NCBI GenBank assembly: GCA_964384105.1 | Contig: CAYLJV010000001.1 | Location: forward strand, 1 to 64,000 | From: Candidatus Hadarchaeota archaeon | GTDB lineage: Archaea; Hadarchaeota; Hadarchaeia; Hadarchaeales; JAGGTB01 | Direction: 5' to 3' | DNA length: 64,000 nucleotides | Shown here: positions 55,217-64,000 of the stretch, one piece after another | How the letters are laid out: every line of letters starts with the position of its first letter | How positions within the stretch are numbered: position 1 is the stretch's first letter | Notes under the pieces: generated by a model | Database searches by the model: none | The model's input: the letters and a program-made list of their open reading frames with translations, nothing else | What the model was told of the DNA's origin: nothing | Position numbers and translations under genes: made by a program

Positions 55217-57835
55217 ATGGCAAAGTATGTTTATTCCTTTGACGAAGGAAACGCTGACATGAAGGATCTTTTGGGGGGTAAAGGATCCAATTTAGCAGAA
55301 ATGACTTCTATGGGATTAAATGTTCCACCGGGTTTTACTATTACTACGGAAGCTTGCTTGAATTATCTGGAAGATAAGGAGATTACTCAGGAAGTTAAGA
55401 ATCAGATTAAGGAGAAGATGAAAAAACTCGAGGAAGAGTCCGAAAAGGAATTTGGGGATCCGAAAAATCCTCTTTTAGTATCCGTAAGGTCTGGTGCAGC
55501 GGTCTCTATGCCGGGAATGATGGATACGATACTAAATTTGGGATTGAATGATGAAACTGTCGATGGTTTAGTGCGTAGAACTAATGAAAGATTTGCTTAC
55601 GATAGCTATCGAAGATTCATTAATATGTTCGGTGAGGTAGTTCGAGGTATAGACCATTCTGAATTCGAAGAAATAATGGATGAGTTCAAAGAGAAAAGAG
55701 GGGCCAAAACCGATCTGGGTCTGAAGGCGGGGGATTTGAAGGAGATAACCGAGCGTTACAAGGAGTTAGTGGGTGATGTCCCTTCGGATCCGTGGGATCA
55801 ACTTATAGAGGCTGTAAAGGCTGTTTTCTCATCATGGGAAAATGAGAGAGCCGTTAGATATCGAGAGATCAATAACCTCCCTCACGATATGGGGACTGCA
55901 GTCAACGTTCAGGAAATGGTGTTCGGTAACACTGGAGAGAACTCGGGGAGTGGTGTTGCTTTTACCAGAAATCCTTCCGATGGCGAGAACAAGATTTACG
56001 GTGAGTTCCTGCAGAATGCTCAAGGAGAGGACGTAGTTGCAGGTATAAGAACCCCATTGAATCTTGATGATCTAAAGGATATCTGGCCGGATATATATTC
56101 GGAACTGGTGGATATTTCAGAAATTCTCGAAGAAAAGTACAAGGATATGCAGGATTTCGAATTCACGATCGAAGATGGAGAACTCTATGTTTTACAGACT
56201 CGGACTGGTAAGAGAACCCCTAACGCGGCCGTCAAGATAGCTTACGATATGGCTCAGGATGGAATTATCAGTAAGGAAGTGGCTATATTGAGAGTTAAAC
56301 CTGAGCAAGTCGAAAAGATGCTTCATAAGAAGGTCGATCCAGATGCTGATGTTAAGAAGATTACTAAAGGTCTAAATGCTTCACCTGGTGCGGCTTCTGG
56401 AAAGGTCGTATTTAATACCGACGAGGCAGCTCATAGAGGTTCTAGTGAAAAGATAATTCTTGTCAGACCCGAAACGACACCTGAGGATATTCACGGGCTT
56501 TCTGCTTCTCAGGGAGTCTTGACGAGCAGAGGTGGAATGACAAGTCACGCTGCTGTAGTGGCTAGGGGAATGGGTAAGCCCTGTGTTGTGGGCGCGGAGA
56601 ATATTGAAATAGATCTTAAGAAAGAGGAGTTTGTTGTTGGAGATCGTACTATAAAGAAGGGCGATTACCTCACGATTGATGGTACTACTGGAGATGTCAT
56701 TCTTGGGAGAACTCCCCTTGTAGAACCGGAGTTCACCAATGAATTTAAGCAACTGCTGTCTTGGGCTGATGAAGTTAAGAAAATGGGTGTTTGGGCCAAC
56801 GCTGATACGGTTGATGAATTAAAGAAGGCCCTTGAACTTGGTGCTGAAGGGGTTGGTCTCTGCAGGACTGAACATATGGTCTTTAACCCAGAGAGATTGG
56901 GTGCGGTCCATGATATGTTCGTTGCGGAGAGTGAAGAAATAAGGGAGAAGGCTGTCGAAAAACTGATGCGATTGCAGAAGAATGATTTTAAAAAATTGTT
57001 TGAAGTGATTAACGGTCTACCTATCAAGATAAGATTATTGGATTTACCACTTCACGAATTTTTGCCTACTGATGAGGAGGCTCAAGTCCAGATGGCAGAA
57101 AGGGTTGAGATGGACCTGGATGAAGTTAAGAAGAAAGTGTCCCGACTTAAAGAGGTCAATCCTATGCTGGGTCATAGAGGTTGTCGCCTTGGTATAACGA
57201 ATCCGGAGATCTATAGAATGCAGGTTAGGGCGATACTTGAAGCTGCTATCGAAACAAAGAAAAAAGGGATAGAAGTTGACCCCCATATCATGGTGCCGTT
57301 AGTTGGCTACGTAAAGGAATTAGAAATTTTGAAAGATGAAATATTTGATCCTGTCGAAAAAGAGGTATTCAGCGATAAGGAAGCGATAGACTACTTGGTT
57401 GGGACTATGATTGAGATACCAAGAGCAGCTCTCACAGCTGATGAGATAGCGAAAGAGGCTGACTTCTTTTCTTTTGGCACTAACGATCTAACTCAGATGG
57501 GAATGGGTTATAGTCGTGACGATGTTAAGGCTTTTATACCCGAGTACATAGACCGGGGAATACTTGATAATGACCCGTTCCAGGTGCTCGATAAGTCTGG
57601 TATAGGTCAGTTGATTGAGGTGGCGACGAAAAAGGGTAGAGAGACCAAGAAGGGTCTAAGCATTGGAATATGTGGAGAACATGGTGGAGAACCTTCTTCT
57701 ATAGAGTTCTGTTATAGAGCTGATTTGGATTATACCAGCTGCTCACCTTATAGGATTCCTATAGCGAGAGTGGCTGCTGCTCGGGCAAGAATAGAAGAGG
57801 AAATGGAAGTTGACAAAGGAGCCGCTGGCTACTAG
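55217..57835 (+). CDS. ppdK: Pyruvate, phosphate dikinase
   Basis: LLGGKGSNLAEM, SMPGMMDT, GGMTSHAAVVARG, GLCRTEHM, ICGEHGG. Confidence 0.96.
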   Translation: MAKYVYSFDEGNADMKDLLGGKGSNLAEMTSMGLNVPPGFTITTEACLNYLEDKEITQEVKNQIKEKMKKLEEESEKEFGDPKNPLLVSVRSGAAVSMPGMMDTILNLGLNDETVDGLVRRTNERFAYDSYRRFINMFGEVVRGIDHSEFEEIMDEFKEKRGAKTDLGLKAGDLKEITERYKELVGDVPSDPWDQLIEAVKAVFSSWENERAVRYREINNLPHDMGTAVNVQEMVFGNTGENSGSGVAFTRNPSDGENKIYGEFLQNAQGEDVVAGIRTPLNLDDLKDIWPDIYSELVDISEILEEKYKDMQDFEFTIEDGELYVLQTRTGKRTPNAAVKIAYDMAQDGIISKEVAILRVKPEQVEKMLHKKVDPDADVKKITKGLNASPGAASGKVVFNTDEAAHRGSSEKIILVRPETTPEDIHGLSASQGVLTSRGGMTSHAAVVARGMGKPCVVGAENIEIDLKKEEFVVGDRTIKKGDYLTIDGTTGDVILGRTPLVEPEFTNEFKQLLSWADEVKKMGVWANADTVDELKKALELGAEGVGLCRTEHMVFNPERLGAVHDMFVAESEEIREKAVEKLMRLQKNDFKKLFEVINGLPIKIRLLDLPLHEFLPTDEEAQVQMAERVEMDLDEVKKKVSRLKEVNPMLGHRGCRLGITNPEIYRMQVRAILEAAIETKKKGIEVDPHIMVPLVGYVKELEILKDEIFDPVEKEVFSDKEAIDYLVGTMIEIPRAALTADEIAKEADFFSFGTNDLTQMGMGYSRDDVKAFIPEYIDRGILDNDPFQVLDKSGIGQLIEVATKKGRETKKGLSIGICGEHGGEPSSIEFCYRADLDYTSCSPYRIPIARVAAARARIEEEMEVDKGAAGY

Positions 57836-57885
57836 TCACTAATTATCAGATTCTGTACGGAATTTTCTAAATTATTAGAAATTGA

Positions 57886-58944
57886 TTATAAAACTTCTTC
57901 TAGGGCTTCCAGCATTAGGTCTATTTTCTCAAAAGTTACATATCCCATGTTTCCTATTCGGAAGGTTTTCTCGGATAGATCCCCATAGCCTTTCGCTAGT
58001 TCAAAGCCTTTTTCACGCATTTCGTTGTAGACCTCTAGGCCACTCTTTCCTTCGGGAGCGTTTACACAAGAGACGGTTGGACTCTCGTATCCCTCTTCTG
58101 GGAAAAGCGATAGGCCTAAATCCTCAATCCCCTCTTTGATTTTCATACTTCTATTTTTATACATTTCAAAGTGCTTTTCTTTTCCTTTTTCTTCTATCAT
58201 TTTGAGACTTTCATTTAGAGCCAAGACCTGTGGTACCGGTGGGGTCATATGAGTTCCGCTTTTTTTCTTGTCATAGTCCTCGTAGCGCGAAAGGTCAAAG
58301 TACCATCCTTTGTTTTCTGCTTTTCTCGCTTTTTCAAGAGCTTCTTTGCTTACGCTACCGACAGCTAGGCCTGGTGGAACTCCGAAGCACTTTTGCGAAC
58401 TCGCAAAACAGATATCGATGTTCCATTCGTCCACCTTGATTTCCGCGCCACCCATTCCACTTACTGCATCGACAAAGAGAAGCTTATCGTGTTCTTCTAC
58501 TACTTTTCCGAGTTCTGATAGTGGATTCAATAATCCTGTACTGGTTTCGTTGTAAGTTATGGTGACGGCTTCTACGTCGGGAAGTTTAGACAACTTTTCA
58601 TCTAGTTCTTCAGGAGGTATTGGTTTTCCAGATTCGATCTCTAATTTTTCTACTTCCCTTCCGTTTGCTTCAGCGACGTTTGCGTATCTTCTTCCGAAGG
58701 CTCCATTAGTACAACAAAGCATTTTTTCGTTTACACAATTTCTCACGGAGCTTTCCATTACTCCAGAACCTGAACTAGGAAAGGTGAAAACTTTTTCTTC
58801 TGTTTCAAGAAAGTCTTGTAATCTTTTGGTTATTTCTCGATGAGTTTCTCTGTATTCTTTGCTTCGATGGCTGAACATTTGTGTGTCCATCACATCTAGT
58901 ACTCTAGGATAGCAAGCTACTGGACCTACAGTGAATAACTTCAC
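57886..58944 (-). CDS. Class V PLP aminotransferase (serine/alanine-glyoxylate or phosphoserine aminotransferase-like)
   Basis: NETSTG, VDAVS, SSQKCFGVPPG, FRIGNMG. Confidence 0.9.
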   Translation of the reverse strand: MKLFTVGPVACYPRVLDVMDTQMFSHRSKEYRETHREITKRLQDFLETEEKVFTFPSSGSGVMESSVRNCVNEKMLCCTNGAFGRRYANVAEANGREVEKLEIESGKPIPPEELDEKLSKLPDVEAVTITYNETSTGLLNPLSELGKVVEEHDKLLFVDAVSGMGGAEIKVDEWNIDICFASSQKCFGVPPGLAVGSVSKEALEKARKAENKGWYFDLSRYEDYDKKKSGTHMTPPVPQVLALNESLKMIEEKGKEKHFEMYKNRSMKIKEGIEDLGLSLFPEEGYESPTVSCVNAPEGKSGLEVYNEMREKGFELAKGYGDLSEKTFRIGNMGYVTFEKIDLMLEALEEVL

Positions 58945-59843
58945 ATTAATTCCTCCTTTATTTTTTGGGCTACTAGTATTGAAAGTTTTTCCTGTGCTTC
59001 TTTCGTGGATGCGCCCAAGTGAGGAGTTGGGAAAACATTATCTAGTTTGGGCAAAGTATAATCTTCTGGAGGCTCTTTGGAATAAACATCGACACAGGCT
59101 CCTGCAATCTCTTTTTCTTTCAATGCTTTTGTGAGAGCTTTTTCATCTACTATGGCGCCCCTGGCAGTATTTATTAATACAGCCGTTGGTTTCATCATTT
59201 TGAGCTCTTTCTCTCCGATCGTACGTTTAGTTTTTTCTGTTAATGGAAGATGAATAGTAACGTAGTCCGATTTTTTAAGTACTTCATTTAGGCCGATGTA
59301 TTCTCCTCCGGCTTCTGTAAAATCGTCGTATTTGGTCCTGTTGTATCCTACTATTTTCATGCCCAGTGAGTTAGCTTTTCTAGCTACTGCTATACCGATC
59401 TTTCCCGTACCTATTACTCCGAGAGTTTTATCATCTATCTCTGATCCTTTCAGCTGACTTTTTATCCACTTTTCTTCTTTCATAGATTTGTAAGCCATCC
59501 CGAGGTTTCTTGACCAAGCGAGCATTAGTCCGATTGTTAGCTCTGCTACAGGGTTTACGGAGGCTTCTGGTGTGTTTAGGACTTTGATATTTTTTTCTTC
59601 TGTTGCTTCGAGGTTGATATTATCTAATCCTACTCCCGCTCTTACTATCAGCTTCAAGTTTTCTGCCTTCTCTAGAACTTCTTTAGTTACATTAGTCCCA
59701 CTTCTTACAACCAAGGCATCTGCAACATGTATTTTTTCCAAAAGCTCTTTTTGAGAAAGTTCTGTGGCTATTTCCACTTCTGCGAATTCTTTCATCTGAT
59801 TTATTCCTGTCTCGTGAACTTTATCGGTGATTAAAATTTTCAT
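58941..59843 (-). CDS. serA: D-3-phosphoglycerate dehydrogenase (short type)
   Basis: RAGVGLDNI, GTGKIG, INTARG, TPHLGASTKEAQ. Confidence 0.85.
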   Translation of the reverse strand: MKILITDKVHETGINQMKEFAEVEIATELSQKELLEKIHVADALVVRSGTNVTKEVLEKAENLKLIVRAGVGLDNINLEATEEKNIKVLNTPEASVNPVAELTIGLMLAWSRNLGMAYKSMKEEKWIKSQLKGSEIDDKTLGVIGTGKIGIAVARKANSLGMKIVGYNRTKYDDFTEAGGEYIGLNEVLKKSDYVTIHLPLTEKTKRTIGEKELKMMKPTAVLINTARGAIVDEKALTKALKEKEIAGACVDVYSKEPPEDYTLPKLDNVFPTPHLGASTKEAQEKLSILVAQKIKEELM

Positions 59844-59971
59844 TATTTTTCTCCTAGGTTAGACTATGATTTAATTTTACATCATTTTAATTTTTTCTAC
59901 AAACCTTAAGTATCTGTTAGAAATTCTCAAAGAGAAATTTAAAAGTGATGAAGTAGCTATATGATAGAGAC

Positions 59972-61306
59972 GTGGTTTTAATGGGAAAAAGCCTAGATGA
60001 AATCAAGGATCTTATTAAGAGCCATCATGAGATGTTTAGTAACGCTATCCCGTTGATAGCTAGCGAAAATGTGACTAGCACTCCTGTTAAAGAGGCTACT
60101 ATCTGCGACTTTTCTCATAGGTACGCTGAAGGGTGGCCAGGAGAAAGAGTTTATGCTGGAGTCAAATATCTTGATGAAGTAGAGCTTACCTGTATAGATT
60201 ATGCAAAGGAACTCTTTAACGCAGATTTTGTAGATGTAAGACCCATATCGGGTGTCTGTTCTAATCTAGTGGTCTATACTGCTTTGACTCGTCCAGGTGA
60301 CTTGATGTTGACTTCACCAATCACTAAGGGTGGTCATATTACAATGGGACCCCATAAGTCTCCAAAGAGTGGTACCTTTATTGGGGGAACAGCCGGTTCT
60401 GTTCACGGACTTGATGTTAGATATTTCGAATTCGATGAAAACGAAATGAATATTGATGTGGACAAGACAGCTGCGAAGATAAGAGAACTAGAACCAGACC
60501 TTTTGATGTTTGGCGCTTCTGTGTTTCTTTTCCCACATCCAATCGAAGAGCTTAGTGATATAGCAAAGGAAGTCGGAGCTAACATAGCTTATGATGCGGC
60601 TCATGTTTCTGGTTTGATCGCTGGCGGAAGGTTCCAGGATCCTCTCAGAGAGGGTGCGGATGTTATGTCAATGAGTACTCATAAAACGCTTCCAGGACCT
60701 CAACATGGTATGGTTGCAGCTCAAGAGGAATATGCGGATAAAATAAAGACAGCTACTTTCCCATCTATGGTAAGTAATCATCATCTTCATAATGTGGCAG
60801 GTTTGACAGTTGCTTTAGCCGAATTTTCGAAGTTTGGAAAAGACTATGTCGATCAGATAATTAAGAATGCCAAAGCAATGGGTCAGGCACTTTCGGAAAG
60901 AGGACTTAACGTTTTGGCGGAGCATAAAGGATACACTGAATCTCATATAGTTCTCCTAGATATAACCGACCTCAAGGATGATGTTGGTTTAGGAAAAGAT
61001 GTGGAAAAAGAGTTAGAGAAAGCTAATATTATTCTTAACAGAAATCTTCTGCCGTGGGATATTAAAGAAGGCCGTCATTTCGAAAATCCTGGCGGAATAA
61101 GAATCGGTACTTCTGAAATAACTAGGTTAGGTATGAAAGAGAGTGATATGGAAGTAATAGCGGACTTTATCGCTCAGATCTTGAAGGAGCAGAAGGACCC
61201 CGAGAAGGTAAAAGAGGAAGTATCTGATTTCAGAAAAGATTTTCAAGATCTCCATTACTGTTTCGAGTCTTCAAAGGGCGCTCACGAGTACATAGAGATT
61301 CGTTAA
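59972..61306 (+). CDS. glyA: Serine hydroxymethyltransferase
   Basis: LIASEN, YAEG.PG.R.Y, DAAH, STHKTLPGPQ, GIRIGT. Confidence 0.96.
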   Translation: MVLMGKSLDEIKDLIKSHHEMFSNAIPLIASENVTSTPVKEATICDFSHRYAEGWPGERVYAGVKYLDEVELTCIDYAKELFNADFVDVRPISGVCSNLVVYTALTRPGDLMLTSPITKGGHITMGPHKSPKSGTFIGGTAGSVHGLDVRYFEFDENEMNIDVDKTAAKIRELEPDLLMFGASVFLFPHPIEELSDIAKEVGANIAYDAAHVSGLIAGGRFQDPLREGADVMSMSTHKTLPGPQHGMVAAQEEYADKIKTATFPSMVSNHHLHNVAGLTVALAEFSKFGKDYVDQIIKNAKAMGQALSERGLNVLAEHKGYTESHIVLLDITDLKDDVGLGKDVEKELEKANIILNRNLLPWDIKEGRHFENPGGIRIGTSEITRLGMKESDMEVIADFIAQILKEQKDPEKVKEEVSDFRKDFQDLHYCFESSKGAHEYIEIR

Positions 61307-61339
61307 TTGAGTTACATTTACTAATTGTAGGGGTTTTAA

Positions 61340-62476
61340 TTGGGCCTAAATACGACTGCTTTAAATGAATGGCATAAGGAACATGGGAAAGTAGTTTCCT
61401 TTTCTGGCTGGGAACTACCAGTTAAGTTCTCAGGTATACAAGACGAGCACATGACTGTTAGAGAGAACGTAGGTCTTTTTGATATCTCACATATGGGTAG
61501 GGTTCTAGTTGAAGGTGAAGATGCAACTCCCTTCCTCGAGTACCTCCTTACGAGAGATGTTGATGGCCTGTCTAACGGTAAGTGTGGTTATTCTCTTGTT
61601 TGCAATGAAATGGGAGGAATAAAAGACGATCTTGTAATCAATAAGTTTTCTGACGAGAAATACTTGGTTATCTGTAATGCGGTTAATCGTAAAAAAATCT
61701 TGAATTGGTTCATTTTCCTAGAGGAATTTCTAGAGTTCTATGGTGAAGTCGATCTTGATCTAAAAATAGAAGATAAAACAGATTCAACTATTTTAATAGC
61801 GGTTCAGGGTCCTAAATCAGAAAGTACTTTGAACAAGCTTGTTTCTGGGGACCTCCCTGATGGTAGATATACCTTTAAGACTATGGATGTATTAGGGCAC
61901 GAATCTATTGTCTCAAGAACAGGTTATACTGGTGAGGATGGATTTGAGATTATTCCTTTAGACATCCCGAATGAGCCTTCCGAGTCCGCTGTTGAATTAT
62001 GGAGTTCCATTTTGGAGGCGGGTGAGGAATTTGATATCAAACCTTGTGGGCTAGGTTCTAGGGATACTCTTAGGCTTGAAGCTGGAATGCCTCTTTACGG
62101 TCATGAACTTTCGGAGTATATCACACCGTTGGAAGCTAAGCTAACTTTTGTTGTGGATTTAAGTGAGGGGAAAAAGTTTTTCGGAAAAGCTCCTTTGGTC
62201 GAGCAGAAAAAGAACGATTTAGAAAGAGTGCGGGTTGGTTTCGAGGTAGTTGAAAAGGGAGTTCCGAGAGAAGGGATGGAGATAAGAAGAGACGGCGAAA
62301 AAATAGGTGAGGTAACTAGCGGGACGTTCTCCCCTGTTTTGAAGAAAGGTATAGGAATGGGATATGTTCCGTTTGAATATTCTGAGCTTGGTACTTCACT
62401 TGATTTACTGATAAGAGGAAAAGAAAATGAAATAGAAATAGTTAAGTGGCCGTTTTATACTGATCGGGGCGAATGA
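61340..62476 (+). CDS. gcvT: Glycine cleavage system T protein
   Basis: GLFDISHMG, SRTGYTGEDGFE, GLGSRDTLRLEAG. Confidence 0.96.
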   Translation: MGLNTTALNEWHKEHGKVVSFSGWELPVKFSGIQDEHMTVRENVGLFDISHMGRVLVEGEDATPFLEYLLTRDVDGLSNGKCGYSLVCNEMGGIKDDLVINKFSDEKYLVICNAVNRKKILNWFIFLEEFLEFYGEVDLDLKIEDKTDSTILIAVQGPKSESTLNKLVSGDLPDGRYTFKTMDVLGHESIVSRTGYTGEDGFEIIPLDIPNEPSESAVELWSSILEAGEEFDIKPCGLGSRDTLRLEAGMPLYGHELSEYITPLEAKLTFVVDLSEGKKFFGKAPLVEQKKNDLERVRVGFEVVEKGVPREGMEIRRDGEKIGEVTSGTFSPVLKKGIGMGYVPFEYSELGTSLDLLIRGKENEIEIVKWPFYTDRGE

Positions 62477-63864
62477 AGTTGACGCATCACTATATCTCTG
62501 TTTCTGATGAAGAAAGAAAAGAGATGTTGAAAGAAATTGGGATAGAGAACGTTGAGGATTTGTATTCTGATATTCCGGAGAAATTTAAGCTTGATGAGAA
62601 TGTTAAGATTCCTGCAAAAATGTCCGAACTTGAGGTAAAAAATCATTTAGAGAAAATCTTATCGGGTAATAATGCTTCTGGAGAAAAGTTATCATTCTTA
62701 GGCGGTGGAGTTTGGAATCACTATATACCGGAACATGTTTTTGAGATAACGAATAAAGCAGGCTTCAAGACCTCCTATACCCCATATCAGGCAGAGGTTA
62801 GTCAGGGAACGCTCCAAGCTCTTTTCGAGTACCAAAGTATGATGTCGGAGCTGATAGGTCTTCCGATTGTAAATGCTTCTATGTATGATTGGGGCTCGGC
62901 TCTTGGCGAAGCGGCTTTAATGTGTTCAAGAATTACGGGTCGAAACAGGTTTATGGTGCCAGAATACATATCCCCTAACAGGCTCTCAGTTCTAGAGATT
63001 TATTCTTCTGGTCCAGAGTTAGAGATTGTGAATATTCCCCAGTCTGAACAGACCGGCGAGTTAGACTTGGAAGCTTTGAAAGAGATGGCTGAAGATGATA
63101 CAGCTGGAATTTATATTGAGAACCCATCCTATCTGGGGTTTTTAGAAACTCAGTTGAAAGAGATATCGGAAATCACTGATGAAGTAGGAGCCCTTTTCGT
63201 AGTTGGGGTTAATCCTCTCTCCCTTGGATTTTTAAAACCCCCTGAGGAGTACGGCGCTGACATTGTTGTAGGTGAAGGCCACCATCTTGGTAATCCCATG
63301 AATTTCGGCGGACCCCTTTTGGGTATATTTGGATGCAGGGACGATAGAAAATTCATTAGACAGTTTCCTGGCAGAGTTTCAGGAATTACAATTACATTAG
63401 AGGATGACGAGCGGGGGTTTGTTATAGCGTTACAGACTCGAGAGCAACATATTCGAAGAGAAAAAGCCACATCTAATATATGTACAAATAACACTTTGTG
63501 TGCGATAGCATCAGCAGTCTACTTAGCTTCTCTGGGCCCTAAAGGTCTTAGGAACTTGGCGCTAAAGTGTGCAGGAAACGCAGATTATGCAATGAAGAGA
63601 TTCAATAATGTTGAGGGTGTCGAAGCACCCGTTTTTGATAATTCTCACTTCAATGAGTTCACTGTTTCTTTTGAAGCCTCTGAAGCTTCTGCGAAAGAAG
63701 TGAATTTGGAACTTTTGAAAAGAGAAATCTTTGGGGGAAAGCTTATTGGCGAACACTTTCCGGAATTGAAAGATGTTTCACTTTGGTGCACTACCGAACT
63801 TCATAGTAAAGAAGATATTGATCTAACGGCTGATCTGATTGAGGATATATTGGAGGGTTTTTAG
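62473..63864 (+). CDS. gcvPA: Glycine dehydrogenase subunit 1
   Basis: SYTPYQAEVSQG, NASMYD, LQTREQHIRREKATSNICTN. Confidence 0.96.
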   Translation: MKLTHHYISVSDEERKEMLKEIGIENVEDLYSDIPEKFKLDENVKIPAKMSELEVKNHLEKILSGNNASGEKLSFLGGGVWNHYIPEHVFEITNKAGFKTSYTPYQAEVSQGTLQALFEYQSMMSELIGLPIVNASMYDWGSALGEAALMCSRITGRNRFMVPEYISPNRLSVLEIYSSGPELEIVNIPQSEQTGELDLEALKEMAEDDTAGIYIENPSYLGFLETQLKEISEITDEVGALFVVGVNPLSLGFLKPPEEYGADIVVGEGHHLGNPMNFGGPLLGIFGCRDDRKFIRQFPGRVSGITITLEDDERGFVIALQTREQHIRREKATSNICTNNTLCAIASAVYLASLGPKGLRNLALKCAGNADYAMKRFNNVEGVEAPVFDNSHFNEFTVSFEASEASAKEVNLELLKREIFGGKLIGEHFPELKDVSLWCTTELHSKEDIDLTADLIEDILEGF

Positions 63865-63865
63865 T

Positions 63866-64000
63866 TTGAAGGATTATCAACAGCAGAAGTGGACTGAACC
63901 CCTAATCTTTGAAAAGAGTAAGGAGGGTCATGAAGGATATTCACTTGATCTGGACACTCCGGGATCCGTGGATATACCAGAAGAACTTTTGCGCAAAGAC
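63866..64000 (+). CDS. gcvPB: Glycine dehydrogenase subunit 2 (5' fragment)
   Basis: TTG start: MKDYQQQKWTEPLIFEKSKEG...IPEELLRKD; follows gcvPA. Confidence 0.8.
   Translation, partial: MKDYQQQKWTEPLIFEKSKEGHEGYSLDLDTPGSVDIPEELLRKD

Overview
Archaeal chromosomal DNA with no rRNA, tRNA, CRISPR array or intact mobile element that I can see. The Thermococci-like Mbh operon, acidic proteins and gene order suggest the Hadarchaeota/MSBL1 group, but this is inference. In order, the window holds: a thioredoxin/DGC/ArsP-type permease cluster with an Lrp regulator; a PiT transporter; trmI, ppsA, dph2 and csl4; an apparently inverted replication/transcription block (rpoL-tfs-RPA-like-pcna-priL-priS-GINS); the L44e-S27e-aIF2a-Nop10-PAC2 operon; an EndoQ-like nuclease; ferredoxin plus geranylgeranyl reductase; aspS; hypE/hypC/hycI; a complete 14-gene mbhA-N [NiFe] hydrogenase operon; three large cell-surface proteins; class I fumarase; dacZ, rio2, trkH and ppdK; and a serine/glycine cluster (serA, aminotransferase, glyA, gcvT, gcvPA, gcvPB). 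The most unusual element is at about 23.9-26.5 kb. There, a palindrome GTTGAC-N5-GTCAAC occurs four times upstream of, and four times inside, a gene for a two-HTH protein, with further copies in flanking genes. That gene is co-transcribed with an AAA+ ATPase carrying a MinD-like amphipathic tail and faces a divergent HTH gene. It is a candidate undescribed chromosome segregation/tethering or replication-initiation module.
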